A stretch of 64,000 bases of DNA from the human T2T-CHM13v2.0 reference genome, Homo sapiens. Location: NCBI RefSeq assembly GCF_009914755.1, contig NC_060936.1; one strand, written 5' to 3'. A program made the translations under genes and the position numbers. Positions within the stretch are counted from its first letter, which is position 1; every line of letters begins with the position of its first letter. Below the pieces are notes generated by a model. That model saw only the letters and a list, made by a program, of their open reading frames with translations, ran no database searches and had not been told where the DNA came from. Positions 27,799-41,377 of the stretch are shown here, in pieces.

Positions 27799-28173
27799 AA
27801 ATAGGAATAGAAATAACTGATTCCACTGATCACATGGAATTATTGTAAGAAGCAAACCAAAGGCGGTGTTCTCTCTTTTTCTTAACCTGAAGGTTTATGG
27901 CAAGGAAGATAGAGAAAATGTTTTTAAAGAACAGATCCCCAGAATGTCTTGGGAGCGAGCCTGCAAGCCATGGACTAGCACATTTTTCTAAATGAATCAA
28001 TGTCTATGGCCCGACCTGAAGCCAGTTCTACTACCTCCTGGAGCATCCAGCACCCCGCCACCCAGCCTTCCCTCTGCTCCCCTTCCAGAGTCCCAGGAGC
28101 TTTTCTGACACTGCTTGGCCCTGCCAAAACTGTAAAGGAGGGAGGCTGCAGGCAGCTGGGAGAGGAGGGTACT

Positions 28174-28581
28174 TGATATGGTTTGGATGAGTCTCCTCCA
28201 AATCTCATGTTGAGCTGTGATGCCCAGGGTTGTTAGTGGGGCCTGGTGGGAAGTGTTTGGGTCATGGGGGTGCGTCCCTCACGAATGGCTTGGCCCTACC
28301 CTTGGAGATGAGTGAGATCTTGCTCTGTTAGTTCACTGGAGAGCTGGTTGTTTGAAGGAGCCTGGCACCTCTCTTGCTCCTGCTCTTGCCGTGTGATGCA
28401 CTGGCTCCCCTTCACCTTCCGCCATGATTGGCAGCTCCCTGAGGCCTCACCAGAAGCAGATGGCAGTAGATGGCATGCTTCCGCTACAGCCTGCAGAACC
28501 GTGAGTCAATTAAACCTCTTTTCTTTATTAATTGTCCAGCCTCAGGTATTCCTTTACAGCAACATAAAATGAACGAACACA
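28174..28581 (+). mobile_element. MSTB-like solo LTR
   Basis: TGATATGGTTTGGATG start; GAGGCCTCACCAGAAGCAGAT; TSD GTACT / GTAGT. Confidence 0.88.
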
Positions 28582-28696
28582 GTAGTCAAAGCCAAGGTGT
28601 GTGCAGGCATTGGCAGCACAGCCAAGGGCTGTCAGCTGCGTGGAAGGACCCAGGACCCAGCGTGGGCTTGGCTGCTGCCAAGTGTAGGATCCTGAG

Positions 28697-29098
28697 GGTC
28701 TTGGTCATTTTTCTGCTGCTTATAAGAGAATACATGAAACTGGCTAATTTATTTTTAAAAAGGAATTTGTCTCTTACAGTTATGGAGACTGAGAAGTCTA
28801 AGGTTGGAGGGGCAAGCCTGGTGAGGTCCTTCCTGCTGGTGGGGCCTCTATGGTGTCCCAAGGTGGCGTAGGACATCCTATGGCGAGGGACTGAGTGTGC
28901 CGGCTTAGCTTTCTCTCTTTTCTTATAAAGCCACCAGTCCCACTGCCACCATAACCCATCAATCCCTGAGCAGATTAATCCATTCATGAGGGCGGAGCCC
29001 TCTTGGCCCAATCACCTCTTAAAGCCCCCACCTATCACTTCTGCCACATCGGGAATTAAGTTTCTATGCTAGAGGAGACAAACACTCAAACCGTAGCA
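28697..29098 (-). mobile_element. MSTC/D-like solo LTR
   Basis: TTAATCCATTCATGAGGGCGGAGCCCTC...ATCACCTCTTAAAG...CAAACCGTAGCA. Confidence 0.82.
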
Positions 29099-29322
29099 CT
29101 GGGCTTCTCACTCAGCCTCCTCGAACCTGCTTCAACCCACATCTTCACAACGGGGAAAGACGGTGTACATCAAGGACAGTCATTTTCAAGAAAGAGTGGG
29201 GAAAGGGCACGCGTGTCCATCACAGAAGGGGGCTGGGTCCCTGGCCACACTGGGATGTGGTCTAATTTGGAAGCAAACCTGCTCATTCGTGTTCATGTGT
29301 TTCCACGGTGAGGCTTTGGTGT

Positions 29323-29355
<33 letters not shown>

Positions 29356-29670
29356 TAATGATGAGAAGTTGGTGATTTTGAGGCTGAAAAGGAGACTGAC
29401 AGAGTAAAAGTCACCTTTCATCATCACAGTGGGTGCGCTTAACCAGTGTCTGAGGATACTGAGGCACCCGAGGGGCTCGTGGCAGGAGGGGAGGTGCTCA
29501 GAGACTACCCACCCTCATGCACAGGGCCCCCTCTGCTCCGTGGGGGGCTGCCAGGCTTCGAGGGATTCCAGTGGGTATCTGCTGCCTCTTAAGAATATCT
29601 GTTGAGATAATAAGATTTGATAACCTGCCTGCATCTGTACAACCAGCACCCACGTCAACACAGAGAACTT

Positions 29671-29716
29671 GAGCTCCCCAGAAGCCCCCGAGCTCCCCAG
29701 AAGCCCCCGAGCTCCC
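29671..29716. repeat. 19-bp tandem repeat, 2.4 copies
   Basis: GAGCTCCCCAGAAGCCCCC twice plus GAGCTCCC. Confidence 0.9.
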
Positions 29717-29985
29717 TGCCATCACTGGCCCCCGGGGTCCCCACTATTCTGCCTTCCGGCACCCTCAGTCGGTTTTGCCCACGTGTTAATTTTATCTCAG
29801 TGGGTGGACTCCTGCAGGATGGACTCCTGCCTCTGGTTTCTTGGCTGGACTTCATGTCTGAGAATTTTCCATGTTGCCTCTAGTTGGAGGTAGTTCGGTT
29901 TCACGGCTGCCTTGTATAAATTCACCGCCACTTACTTACCTGCGCACCTCCTGACAGGCATTTGTGTTGTGTCCAGCCTGGGGCC

Positions 29986-30389
29986 TGTGTTAGTCTGCTC
30001 AGGCTACCATAACAAAGTGCCACAGACTGGGCGGCTTAAAGCACGGACACGTATTATCTCATGGCTCTGGAGGCTGCAAATCTGAGATCATAGCAACAGC
30101 AGGGCTGGTTCCCTCTGAGGCTGTGTGGGGAGGGAGGACGTGTTCCAGGCCTCACTCTGTGGCTTGTAGGTGGGCGTTTCTTTCTGTGTCTTCACATCGC
30201 CTTCCCTTTGTGGGTTTCTTTGTGTCCAAGTTCTCCCTTCTGATGAGGACTAGGGTCTACCCTACTGACCTCACTTCAGCTTTGTTACTTCTGGAAAGAC
30301 CCTCCATCCAAATAAGGCCAATTCCAAGGTCCTGGGGTCAGGACTTACCGCAGCTTTTTGGGTGGGGGACAAAATTCAACCCCGTAACA
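29986..30389 (-). mobile_element. MLT1 LTR, inserted in an old antisense L1M fragment (~29600-30470)
   Basis: TGTGTTAGTCTGCTCAGGCTACCATAACAAAGTGCCACAGACTGGGCGGCTTAAA...AATTCAACCCCGTAACA. Confidence 0.85.
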
Positions 30390-30744
30390 GGCTGGTACCA
30401 ATCATACAGCGGTGGATCCCTCTATATTTTCTTTGATGAACATACATGTGCATTACTGTTGGGTGATGAGTCCATTTTATTTTTACTTTTTAAAAAAGAC
30501 TGTTGCTTTCATTTGAAAGAGAGCTTAAAACAATCCCAGATCCACCTAGCACAAAATGCTGCATAATTGGTATCCCTAGGAAAGGCTCAAAAGCCCTAAT
30601 GTGTAGAAGATTGGGCCAAACATGGGTTGTTTTTATTTCTTCATGGCTACGAGCAACGTGTGCTTGGAAGATCCTGGGCTACGGAGCTCTGCTGTGAGAC
30701 TGGGCATGAAGTCTTTCAGACTGGTTGCCAACTTTGGGAGAGCT

Positions 30745-30960
30745 AACATTTATTGACTGCTCACTGGGCTGGGCTCTGTGCTGAGGGCTCCACACGCTGT
30801 TCCTCCCATGATTCTGCCAGGGCTCTCCCTTATTTGGAGGCAGATGAAGAAACTCAAGGTCAGAGAAGCTAAGCCCAAGGTCACACAGCAAGTAGGTGGC
30901 AGAGCAAGGACCTGAACTCAGGTCTGTCTAAGTCTGCATCCTGTGCTTTCAGCCATGAAC
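30745..30960 (-). mobile_element. MIR SINE
   Basis: AACATTTATTGA...CAGATGAAGAAACTCAAGG...GCCCAAGGTCACACAGCAAGTA. Confidence 0.8.
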
Positions 30961-30974
30961 TCTGACTTCCTCAC

Positions 30975-31530
30975 TGCCCCCTATAACAGGAAGCTGCCTC
31001 CATGAGAAAAAACGCCCAGCTCAAAAAGGCTTACCCACTTGGATATTTATTAGCTCATATTACCAAAAGTCCAGAAATAGACAAACCCAGGTTGATAACC
31101 TCAGTGGGTCAGTGACCACTTGGGAACTGGTTCTTCCCATCATCTCTTGGCATCCTTGGCAGGTTGGCCTTGACCTCAGCTTTGTCTACTCAACGTGGCA
31201 AGGTGGCTGCAGCACCCCCAAGTATCATCACCTCAACCAGCAGCACCCACAGGTCCAAAGGTAGAATGTCCATCACTGGCCCCTTTAAGTGCAGCAGAGT
31301 TCTTTCTCAGGAGAGCCTGCCTCACAGCAGACGTCCTCTCATTGGTCAGAATGATGTCACGTGCCCATTCCAAAGCCAATCACCGGCAAAGGGAAGTGAA
31401 TAACCATAATTGACTTAACTAACTCAATTCTTCCCCAGCCGAGGCTGGGTTAAGGCCTCACCTCCCGCAAGCACAGGCTCCCCGAGTCAGAACGTGACCT
31501 GGATTCCCTTAGCCCGGAGGACTGAGGGCT
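30975..31530 (-). mobile_element. Old MLT1 (J/K-like) LTR
   Basis: CAAGGTGGCTGCAGCA...CTCATTGGTCAGAATGATGTCACGTGCCCATTCC...CCAATCAC. Confidence 0.6.
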
Positions 31531-31992
31531 GAGAGCCTGGCAACAGCGTCTGATTGCTGCCCGTCAGCAGCTTCACCGCGAGCTAATCTGGACTGCAGTC
31601 CGACCTCCCGGGCTCCCTCATGCTCCACGTGATTGCCATGGTCAGGAAGGCAGGAAGCAAAAAATGCAGCTCACCATCCAGACGCCCTGCCTCGTGCTCC
31701 CGCGGGCTGGCTGCGCCCCAGACTCGGGTTTCAGTAGAATCAGGATGAGCCTGCTGGGCAGCCGGGTCACAGGCCCCTAACTCACCTGCAGACCCACGCA
31801 GATCAGTCTTCGCAGTGAGCTCAGGGCAGACCTCAGCTTTGCTCAAGCCCGGCCCTGCCACAAACATGCCTCACCTCCTGCCACCTACCCTGGCCGTTCC
31901 TCCAGCCAACTGGGCATGAGAATGAAAACTCCCACAAGTTCCATGGGAATGCATATTTGATGAACTGGAAAAATATCAGGCTAACTAAATAA

Positions 31993-32498
<506 letters not shown>

Positions 32499-32932
32499 TG
32501 AGGGTGAAAGTCAGTTGTCTTCTGGGTGCAGCTACAGCTATTCCACCTGTCATGCAGGTAGCCATCCACAGTAAACCGTCAGCTTTTCTCCCTTACATTT
32601 TTCTCTTTATACTTGAGAATTATGTTTTCACTTGGGCCATAAAGACATTTGGGCTAAGTCACAGGAAATAGGACGCTGATAAATGAGGACTGCAGTTTCT
32701 TCTCTTGAACCATTGAATACCCCCCGCAGGAAGTACACGGGAGAAAATAGGAGGGAGATTGTTTGCGGAGGGCTGCAGCTGAGCAGTAAGTCCACTTAGT
32801 AGCTTCTCCCTTATTCCTGCCCTGCAGGCAGATAAGCCCAACAAGTGAAATGAACCCCAGTTCCCAATCACAAGATTATGTTCTGGGACCACTAAACTGC
32901 AGTTGTGGAAAATGGGCCTTACAAATACAAGT

Positions 32933-33293
32933 TGTATTAATCTGTTTTCATGCTGCCTGGAAAGACATACCCGAGACTGGGTAATTTATAAAGAAAAAGG
33001 TTTAATCAACTCACAGTTCCATGTGGCTGGGGAGGCCTCACAATCATGGCGGAAGGCGAAAGCCATGTCTTACATGGTGGCAGCAAGAGAGAGAATGAGA
33101 ATCAAGCAAAAGGGGCTTTCCCTTATGAAACCATCAGATCTCATGAGATTTATCCACTACCTCGAGAATAGTTTGGGGGAGACCACCCCCATTATCCAAT
33201 TATCTCCCACCAGGTCCCTCCCACAACACATGGGAATAATGAGAGCTAAAATTCAAGATGAGATTTGGGTGGGGACACAGCCAAACCGTAGCA
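32933..33293 (-). mobile_element. THE1 (B/C-like) solo LTR
   Basis: AAAGACATACCCGAGACTGGGTAATTTAT...CAAGATGAGATTTGGGTGGGGACACAGCCAAACC. Confidence 0.92.
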
Positions 33294-33829
33294 ACATAAA
33301 ACAAGCATGGGAGAAAAGATGTTTCCAAAGGATCGTCCATATTTAGTTAGCCAAGACTATAACCACAGCTGAAATCTAAGGTTTCTGATGGAGAAGAAGA
33401 CCTTAGTAATTTGGTTTTTGTTTTGTTTCATAGAAAGAACACTGACCATAAGATCTGCCCTCTTAACACATTTTTAAGAGCGTGATACAGGATTGTTAAC
33501 AATAAGGAACATGGTTGTTTGTTTTTCTCTTAATTGCTTTTTTATTACGAAGCTAAATGATTTTTAAGAGCGAAATTTGAATATAAAGAAAATAATAGGG
33601 CTTTTGACTTTTCTACTACAAGAAGGTGGCTTCCTCAAGGCATATGATTGCAATCCAAGCGATGCTATTTCCAGATGGTAAACAACCCTCTTTTTTACAA
33701 TCATGTTGCCTACAAGTCTAGGCAGACAACCCTTGGTACTTACATACACCAGGTACTAGAGAAAAGCTGGAAAATGCAGCCAGTGGTCTCAAGGCTTTCA
33801 AAAATGAGACCTTAATAAAGAGTTAATAT

Positions 33830-34060
33830 GAACTGAGTGTTTATCCTTGAGCAGGTACTGTGTACACGGCACGTGGGTGAGCTCACTGACTCCACACAAC
33901 AACCCTGTGAGGCAGATGCTATCAGCTCCTGCATTTCACAGATGTGGAAACCGAGGCAAAGTGAGTGCAGCACCTTGCTCAGGTGGTCCTGCTGGTCCAC
34001 GACAGAGCCGGGTTTTGAAGCCGAGGGGCTTGGCTCCAGGGCCCAGCTGTCTACACTGTG
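33830..34060 (-). mobile_element. MIR SINE
   Basis: CACAACAACCCTGTGAGGCAGATGCTATC...CATTTCACAGATGTGGAAACCGAGGCA. Confidence 0.75.
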
Positions 34061-34420
34061 CCCCAGTGCCTCGTGTTAGCATATTCAGTGTTATTTTAAG
34101 CGGTTCCACTCTCAATCAGAATGACAGCATCACAGAGCAAACATCACGTAGGCATTGGTCTAAACCCAGTTGGCACAAAAGGCCCCAAATTGAAGTCAGA
34201 AACTGAGTTCAAACCCAGATTTGCAACCACTGGCTTGGTGACTGTAGAAAGCCACTTAAGCCCTCTGTATCTGTATTTTTCTTATCTCTAAAAAGAGTGT
34301 AAACCTGACACGTGGCCCAGTGATCTCAGAGTGTAGCCCTGAGGATCAAATGTGGTCACGCGCGTGCACGCACTGTGAAGATGGGGCCAGCTTTCCCGGG
34401 GAGAGGCATGACAGTGGCAA

Positions 34421-34467
34421 ACACTGTCCTACTTTTAACAGACACCGTCCTACTTTTAACAGACACC
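34421..34467. repeat. 21-bp tandem duplication
   Basis: ACAC(T/C)GTCCTACTTTTAACAG twice. Confidence 0.9.
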
Positions 34468-34618
34468 ACACATCGGCTCTGTCCCAGGTACATGCTCGTG
34501 AATGCAGCCGAAAGTACAGAAACTTCCAAATGATAGAACCTCAGCTTAGTGCTGGGAAATGAGTGAAAACCAAACACCCTCGACACACACCCTTAAAGAA
34601 GACAGTCTTAATCTGTTA

Positions 34619-34922
<304 letters not shown>

Positions 34923-35639
34923 GTAACTGAAAGAAAGTACCAAATCAATATTTTACTCAATGATTTATGTTCCTCTAAGAGCTCTGGCCATCTTGCCAGT
35001 ACACATTGGCACGGGTGTGCACACTTGTCATCAACGCATGCATCATCAGCTGTAAGCAAGAGCCTGCATTTGAATGTAGGTGTGTCCTGGCAGGCCTGAG
35101 AAAGCATCAGAGCCCAGAATGAATTCATTTCCTTAAGGAGTTTTAGGAGAAACTTAAGCAATGAAGATGAGAGTTTTGCATTGGTGCCCAGAAGGTTTGG
35201 CGAAAGCAACAGGATGCCCTTCCCAGAGGTGGCTGTAGGGGCCTGTGTCTGGGCACTAGAGGATGGAGGCAGTGTGAGAGCCCTATGGGCACTGCTGAGG
35301 GGTGCAAAGTGGCTCTCCTTTTGCCAGTTAAGAAGGCGGCTGTGGGGTGCATGCCCGTCAGCCCTGTCATAACCGGCACGAATGATGTTGTCCGACAGGC
35401 ATGGGGGTCTACACAGGGATGAAAACAACTCCAATTTCGGCTACTTTCTATGTGCTGACCGTTGTACTGATGGCTTTAAATATTTTATTCTAAAGCTGTT
35501 TCTCACCACGACCCTATAGATGTTATTGTCTCCATTTTATGGCAACGGAATCCCAAAAGGGCAGAGAGGTGGTGAGTGCAGCAAAGGAAACTGTCAAGCA
35601 GTCATGAACACGGGGGTCCCAGGAAGCAGAGATCTGGTA

Positions 35640-36097
35640 CGGGTTGTCTACTGCTGGGTCACAAATTACCTCCCAAACTGAGCATCTTAAACAACAAACA
35701 TTCACTGCTTATTTCTGTGGGTCAGGAGTTTGGGAGCAGCGTAGCTCAGGGGTTCTGGTTTAGGGTCTCTCTGAGGTTGGCCAAGGATGGGCTACCGCCA
35801 CTGAAGGAGGAGAAGGGGGATCTGCTTCCAAGATGGTGTGCTCACTGGGCTCTGAACGCTTGCATGTCCTCGTGACATGGCCCCTGACTTCTCCCAGAGG
35901 GAGTGATCCCCAGAGAGAGCAAGAAGGAGACTACCCTGACTTCCATGACCTAGTCACAGAAGTCACACACCATTGCTTCTGCCATGCTTTATTTCTTAGG
36001 AGTGAGTCACTGAGTCTGGCCCACACTCAAGGGGGAGGAATTAGTTTTCACCTCTTGAAGGGTGGAACATCAAATAATGCATTATATTTTAAAGCCA
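35640..36097 (-). mobile_element. MLT1 (F/G/H-like) LTR
   Basis: ACAAATTACCTCCCAAACT...CTTAAACAACAAAC...TGTGGGTCAGGAGTTTGGGAGCAGC...AGAAGTCACACACCAT. Confidence 0.75.
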
Positions 36098-36849
36098 CCA
36101 GAGATCTCTTTAGAAAATGGGGCTCCACATTGGCCTGTGGGGCTAGTGAGCTGGTGAAGGGCTCCGCCTCCACCCCCGAGGCGGGAGGCACCTGCGGAAA
36201 CTCAGCGAGGTCACACGATGTGCACATCTCCACTTGACATGAGACACCATGGAGATCAGGGGCCATAGTGTTTTCCCTCCTCCCTGTGCTTTTAGCAGTT
36301 TCTAGTCATTTCCTTGTCATCCTCACATTGCTATGAACACTTAGTAATGTGAACACAAACCTCCCAGTGGACTCACATGCTCAGAGGGCACTCAAGACTG
36401 GGGGAAGCAATGCAATCACAGCAGCATAAATATTCCTGAAGTCTGGGAGCCTCAAGACAGAAACTAGGTCACCAGGGCCTGCTAGTCTGGAGGAGCTGGT
36501 GTGCTCCCTTTAGTGTGCATGTGAATGAAGACACCGTCAGAGATATTCCTAGGGGCCACAAATTCTCCTGCATCCTTGCTTGCTCCTCCGAAGGGAGGGT
36601 CAGATGACGTGTGCAGCCTGGCCTCAGAAAGCTTGTAGGCCAAGTCGAATAGTTGCAGATGGGCTGGGACGTCCAGAGTCTGTTGCTCTGGAACAGTTGC
36701 TTACAAGTCAATGTATGTCTTTCATTCACCCACAAAACCGCACCATGCAACTCCTATGAGCAATGAAATAAGAACAAGTAATAAGAGACAGTAACCAGGA
36801 GATCTGGGACAGAAACACCCACGTGGAGCTATAGTCGCAGTGGATGCTG

Positions 36850-37260
36850 TGAAGGAAGGGCGTTGAGTAAAGGGACAGAAAGTGACAGAATGTGTTTCAG
36901 GTGGGATGGCCAGGGAAAGCCTTGCCACAGAGGAGGCCTACAAGCAAAAGCCTGGTGGGTGGGGGGTTAGGGCTGGAGCAGCTAGGTGCCTCCCAGGGGC
37001 AGATGAGGACCTCACAGGCCCCCGCTGGGACTTCAATTGTGTTGTAAACGTGGTTGGGAATGGTGGAGGAGCAGAGGGAGCAGGACCTGTTCTAAGTTTT
37101 AGAGGAATTGCTCCCAGCAGAGAACTGGCTTTCAGGGCAAGAATGAGAGCAGGGAGACCAGCAAGGGGGTATGGTCTAGAGAGGAGGATGAGTCTGAGGT
37201 GGGGAGACAGAGGTGGAGGGAGACTTCGGTTCAACGGGGATCTGTTTACAGGAAAAGATG
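36850..37260 (-). mobile_element. L2 fragment
   Basis: GGCCAGGGAAAGCCT...GCAGGGAGACCAGCAAGGGG purine-rich antisense L2 pattern. Confidence 0.5.
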
Positions 37261-37419
37261 ACAGGAGTTCCTGATCGATCCAAAAGACAAAAGACAGGGG
37301 GTGCAGACTCTGCTGGGATCATCCAGGGCCACAGGGTAGTAGGAGCAACTTCTGGAAGACAGAACTGAGACGGTTTAAGGGATGTCACAGGAAAGAAGAG
37401 TTATAGTGTGCAGTAGCTC

Positions 37420-37570
37420 ATCCATTCCTCCCCATGATCCTATGAGCTCGGCCCTGCCATTGCACCCATTTCCCAGATGAGGACACTGAGTCCTAGAGAG
37501 GTTAAGTGACTTGCTCATGGTCACAGAGCAGGAGGTGGCAGAGCCAGGGCTCACATGCAGGTATCTCAGG
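37420..37570 (-). mobile_element. MIR SINE
   Basis: CCCATTTCCCAGATGAGGACACTGAG...AGAGGTTAAGTGACTTGCTCATGGTCACA. Confidence 0.8.
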
Positions 37571-38510
37571 GAAGGACACCCAAGCTTTAAAAAAAAATTT
37601 AAAGGATACACTGTCATCCTATTTACTAACAAAATTTAACAAAATGAGACTACAATATTCCTTCTCCAGATGCTGTGGAGTAAATGCAGGATGAAGTCAC
37701 ATTTTCATAATTTTAAAACAGTTCCTAAGATCATCAGTCAGCAAAGTGAAGAACGAGAACCTATTGGAAGGTTCCCTAGGACCTTTCTGTGAATGTCCTG
37801 CATTTTCTTTTGTAATACTTTCCATCTCTGGTAAAGTAGATCTGCTTTAAAAGTACTTTATTGTGTTTTGTTCCCGATTATAAAAGTAATATGTATTCAT
37901 CCTAGAAATAATCACCACTCACAGTTTGGTGTATTTCCTTCTAGTCTTTTTTCCCCTAAAGCATGCGTAAGTGCTTGTTTTTGCACGTGTAACTTAATAC
38001 ACATTATAGTGTGTGTCCCATGAAAAGCACGTCTCAAGGAAGTGAGAAGTTGTCTTTGCAAACCCTGATGAGGTGTGAGAGCCCTGGCCAGTGCCAGACA
38101 AAGGCAGTCCCAGGAGCCCTCTAAGAATGGAAATCCTGCCCTAGTGGCCCCACGGCTCTACACACAGACAATATCCGTTTGCTTTTCCTCTTTTACCAGA
38201 GAGATTACATCACCATCTACACATTTTTTTTTTGGTTGCTGTTATAGACTGTTTTTGAAACAGTTTCCAGACTTCCTGTAGGCTGTTTGTTTTGTAAACG
38301 CTTATCCATCTGTCCTTCTCCTTGAGTAAATGGGTCCAGGAAACACCCACTCTTTAGGAACACTCCCCCGTCCACCATTGGGCTTTATTTAATGTGGAGC
38401 TAGATCTATATAAAGCAAAATAAAAATACACAAAATGAAAGTGATAGTGATAAGGATGGTGGTGGTCATGGTAGATGCCAGTTTCAAACACAAGTCTATG
38501 CCAGGTGCAA

Positions 38511-38882
38511 TGCACTAGTCCATTCTCACGCTGCTATGAAGAAATATCCAAGACTGGATAATTTATAAAGAAAAGTGGTTTAATTGACTCACAGTTCTGT
38601 ATGGCTGGAAAGACCTCAGGAAACTTACAATCACGGCAAAAGAGGAAGCAAACATGTCCTTCTTTACAAGGCGGCAGGAGAGAGAAGTGCTGAGCAAAGG
38701 GGGGAAAAGCTCCTTATAAAACCATCAACTCTCTTAAGAACTCACTCACTATCATGAGAACAGCATGAGGGCAACTGCCCCCATGATTCAATTACCTCCC
38801 ACCAGATCCTCCCATGACATGTGGGGATTGTGGGAGCTACAACTCAAGATGAAATTTGGATGGGGACACAGCCAAAACATCA
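38511..38882 (-). mobile_element. THE1D/MSTA-like solo LTR inserted in a MIR
   Basis: TAGTCCATTCTCACGCTGCTATGAAGAAAT...GGGGACACAGCCAAAACATCA; TSD TGCAA / TGCAG. Confidence 0.92.
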
Positions 38883-39763
38883 TGCAGTGTTCAGAGTTTG
38901 GCATGCATTTGGTTATTTAAGAGTCATCACGATTTCCTTTTTCTCAAATGAGGAAACTGAGACATGAGCCCTTTGCCTAAGGCCACATAGTTGGGAAGAG
39001 CCATAAATCCAGTAACTAGTCTCTGCAATTCTCAAACCCAAGCTCCTAATCACTTATATAAATATTGCCTCCAATGAGATAAAGAGAAAAAGAGACAAAT
39101 AGAGAAAAACGACAGAGATCGATTCAAAAAGAGAGAGAGATGGCAACACAGACACAGGCATAGGATGCCTCTTGGGTTAGATGACCATAGAAGACAAGAG
39201 ATGTATCTGTGCACAAAAGCTGATGGTCTCAATGCACAAGAGTCACCCCCACACACCAGGTAGTTACACAGTAAACTTGGGCAGAAGGTGAAAAAATGCC
39301 AAATGAATGAGTTACTAAAGTTACCAGGAGGGAGAGATCAATATGGTTTGGGGTACAGAAGAAAGACTTATTAGAGGAGGTGGCCATGAATCTAGCTTTG
39401 GGGAATGGAGAGGTCTTAGGACCAGAAGGAAATCCTTTGATATTCTTCCACTGAGAGATGGAGTCTTCCTCTCCTACCCTTGAATCTGAGCCAGCTTGTG
39501 ATTGGGTCCACAAAGCTGGTGTAGCTCCCACCTCATTTGCTGGAACATTCATGGTCGGAGCCCTTGGCTGCTGTGTAAGATATTCAACTGCCTCATAACT
39601 GGAGCTTTCACATGAAGATGCTCTGATAGACAGTCCCAGCTGAGCCCAGCCTTCCAGTGAAAGGTTTCAGAGCAAGAACGTTTTCAGTTCAGCAGCATAT
39701 TAATAACCACCTGAGCAAGACGCAATGAAAAAAGCAAGATGATCATTTAAAAATGTATTTATA

Positions 39764-39828
39764 GGGAGGCTGAGGCAGGAGGATCACTTGAGCCCAGGAG
39801 TCTGTGAACCGGTCTCAAAAAAAAAAAA
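39764..39828 (+). mobile_element. Very short, internally deleted Alu fragment with poly-A
   Basis: GGGAGGCTGAGGCAGGAGGATCACTTGAGCCCAGGAG...GTCTC then an A run. Confidence 0.8.
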
Positions 39829-39919
39829 TGTGTACACACGCACACGCACACACATACACATATAAGTACATATATACACATATATATTTCCACATAATCT
39901 GTTCTCACAGTCAGAGTTG

Positions 39920-40325
39920 GCGCCATTGGAACTAATTATTGTGACTTAACTCCTAATGAGTTTACTTTTCTCACGTTACAAGAATTCTGGAGGCAGAACT
40001 ATTCCAGCTGCTCTGAACCAAGCTCCTCTGCTCCCCTTGCACAGCTGTACTTATATTTGACTTTGTCTTCATGGTCGCAAGGTGACTGGGCATTGCAATC
40101 ATGTTTCAGAAGGTGAAAGTCCAAGGTCAAACAGACAACCCGATCAGCCTACACCCCTGAGAAGAGTTTCCCTGAAAGCCCCACCCCAAAACATCTGCTT
40201 GTATCTCACTGGTCAGATTTGAGTCACATGACTTCCTTAAGCTGCAAGGAGTTATGGGAAATTGAATACTTAAGTAACATTGTGCTCCCAAACCAATTGA
40301 GCTTCTGTTGGGAGGAGGAAAAAAA
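39920..40325 (-). mobile_element. Old MLT1 (J/I-like) LTR
   Basis: TCATGGTCGCAAGGTGACT...TCTCACTGGTCAGA...GTCACATGAC...AGCTGCAAGG. Confidence 0.6.
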
Positions 40326-40369
40326 GACTGAATATTGTTGATTTGTCCTTTAACATTATTTTACTAGTT

Positions 40370-40485
40370 TATCCCATCAGAATTAAACTCCATGGAAGCA
40401 GGAATCCTGTGCTTCCTTCTCTGCTTTCTAGGGACCTGAACAGTGCCTGAGACATAGTACATGCTCAATAAATATTTGCTGCATT
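40370..40485 (+). mobile_element. L2 3' tail
   Basis: AACAGTGCCTGAGACATAGTACATGCTCAATAAATATTTG. Confidence 0.7.
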
Positions 40486-40644
40486 TTGTCAGTTAAATCC
40501 ATACCAAGGCTCGTGGCAGTCGGGACTCGAAGGTCAGGCAATTAAGAAGAGTGAGATGAGGTTGGAAGGGAGGCTGGGGCACCCTTAAGTGCCCAGCTCT
40601 GAAATGCCAAGAAAGTACAAACGCGGAAACAGTAAATATTTTTA

Positions 40645-40658
40645 TGACTCATGAGTCA
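40645..40658. promoter_or_regulatory. Tandem palindromic AP-1 sites
   Basis: TGACTCATGAGTCA is two consensus TGASTCA sites. Confidence 0.45.
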
Positions 40659-41051
40659 GGAACAAACTCAGGTCAGATTGGTTGCAACAGATCTAGAGAA
40701 AAAGCACATTGTGCTTCAGAAATTCATTTAAAGAAATTAGAGTGATGGGGCAAAAAGGCCCCAGGAGTCTGCTTTCGGTCTTCTGCGTGGGGCGAATGCC
40801 TGTTTCCTTCTCTCAGATGTCCCTCTGAGTCGGGTTTGAAGTAGATTGCTGCCGAGAAGCAAGTCTTCAGAGGCTAATTGATTTCACTCTTGGGAAAATT
40901 ATCCTGACATTCAGCCTAAAGTTTCCTTTCCTTTCATCCCCTTGCTTCTAATAATGCCTCGTTGGATCAGCATGAAAAATTGGTATCCCTCCCTGATGTT
41001 TACCCTGGATGACCCTTATCAAGTCAGCCTTCATCATCACAGCCCAGGCAG

Positions 41052-41377
41052 TTTTTTTTTTTTGTTTTTTTTTTTTGAGACGGAGTCTTGCTCTGTCACC
41101 CAGGCTGGAGTGCAGTGAGCAGTGAGTGCAGTGGCGCGATCTCGGCTCGCTGCAACCTCCGCCTCCTGGGTTCAAGTGATTTCTCCTGTCTCAGCCTCCA
41201 GAGTAGCTGGGATTACAGGCGCCTCCCACCACAACTGGCTAATTTTTTTGTATTTTTAGTAGATACGGGGTTTTGCCATGTTGGCCAGGCTGATCTTGAA
41301 CTCCTGACCTCGGGTCCACCCGCCTCTGCCCCTCAAAGTGCTGGAATTACAGGTGTGAGCCACCACCACGCCTGGCC
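41052..41377 (-). mobile_element. AluS with a small internal duplication
   Basis: Reverse Alu containing GAGTGCAGTGAGCAGTGAGTGCAGTGG. Confidence 0.95.

Noticed and set aside
29934-29943. Consensus minus-strand splice donor CAG|GTAAGT
   Set aside because: It lies in old L1 sequence and I found no convincing partner acceptor.
33023-33035. PRDM9-like 13-mer in a THE1 LTR (CCTCCCCAGCCAC on the minus strand)
   Set aside because: It has C rather than T at position 7 of CCNCCNTNNCCNC, i.e. the common non-hotspot variant.
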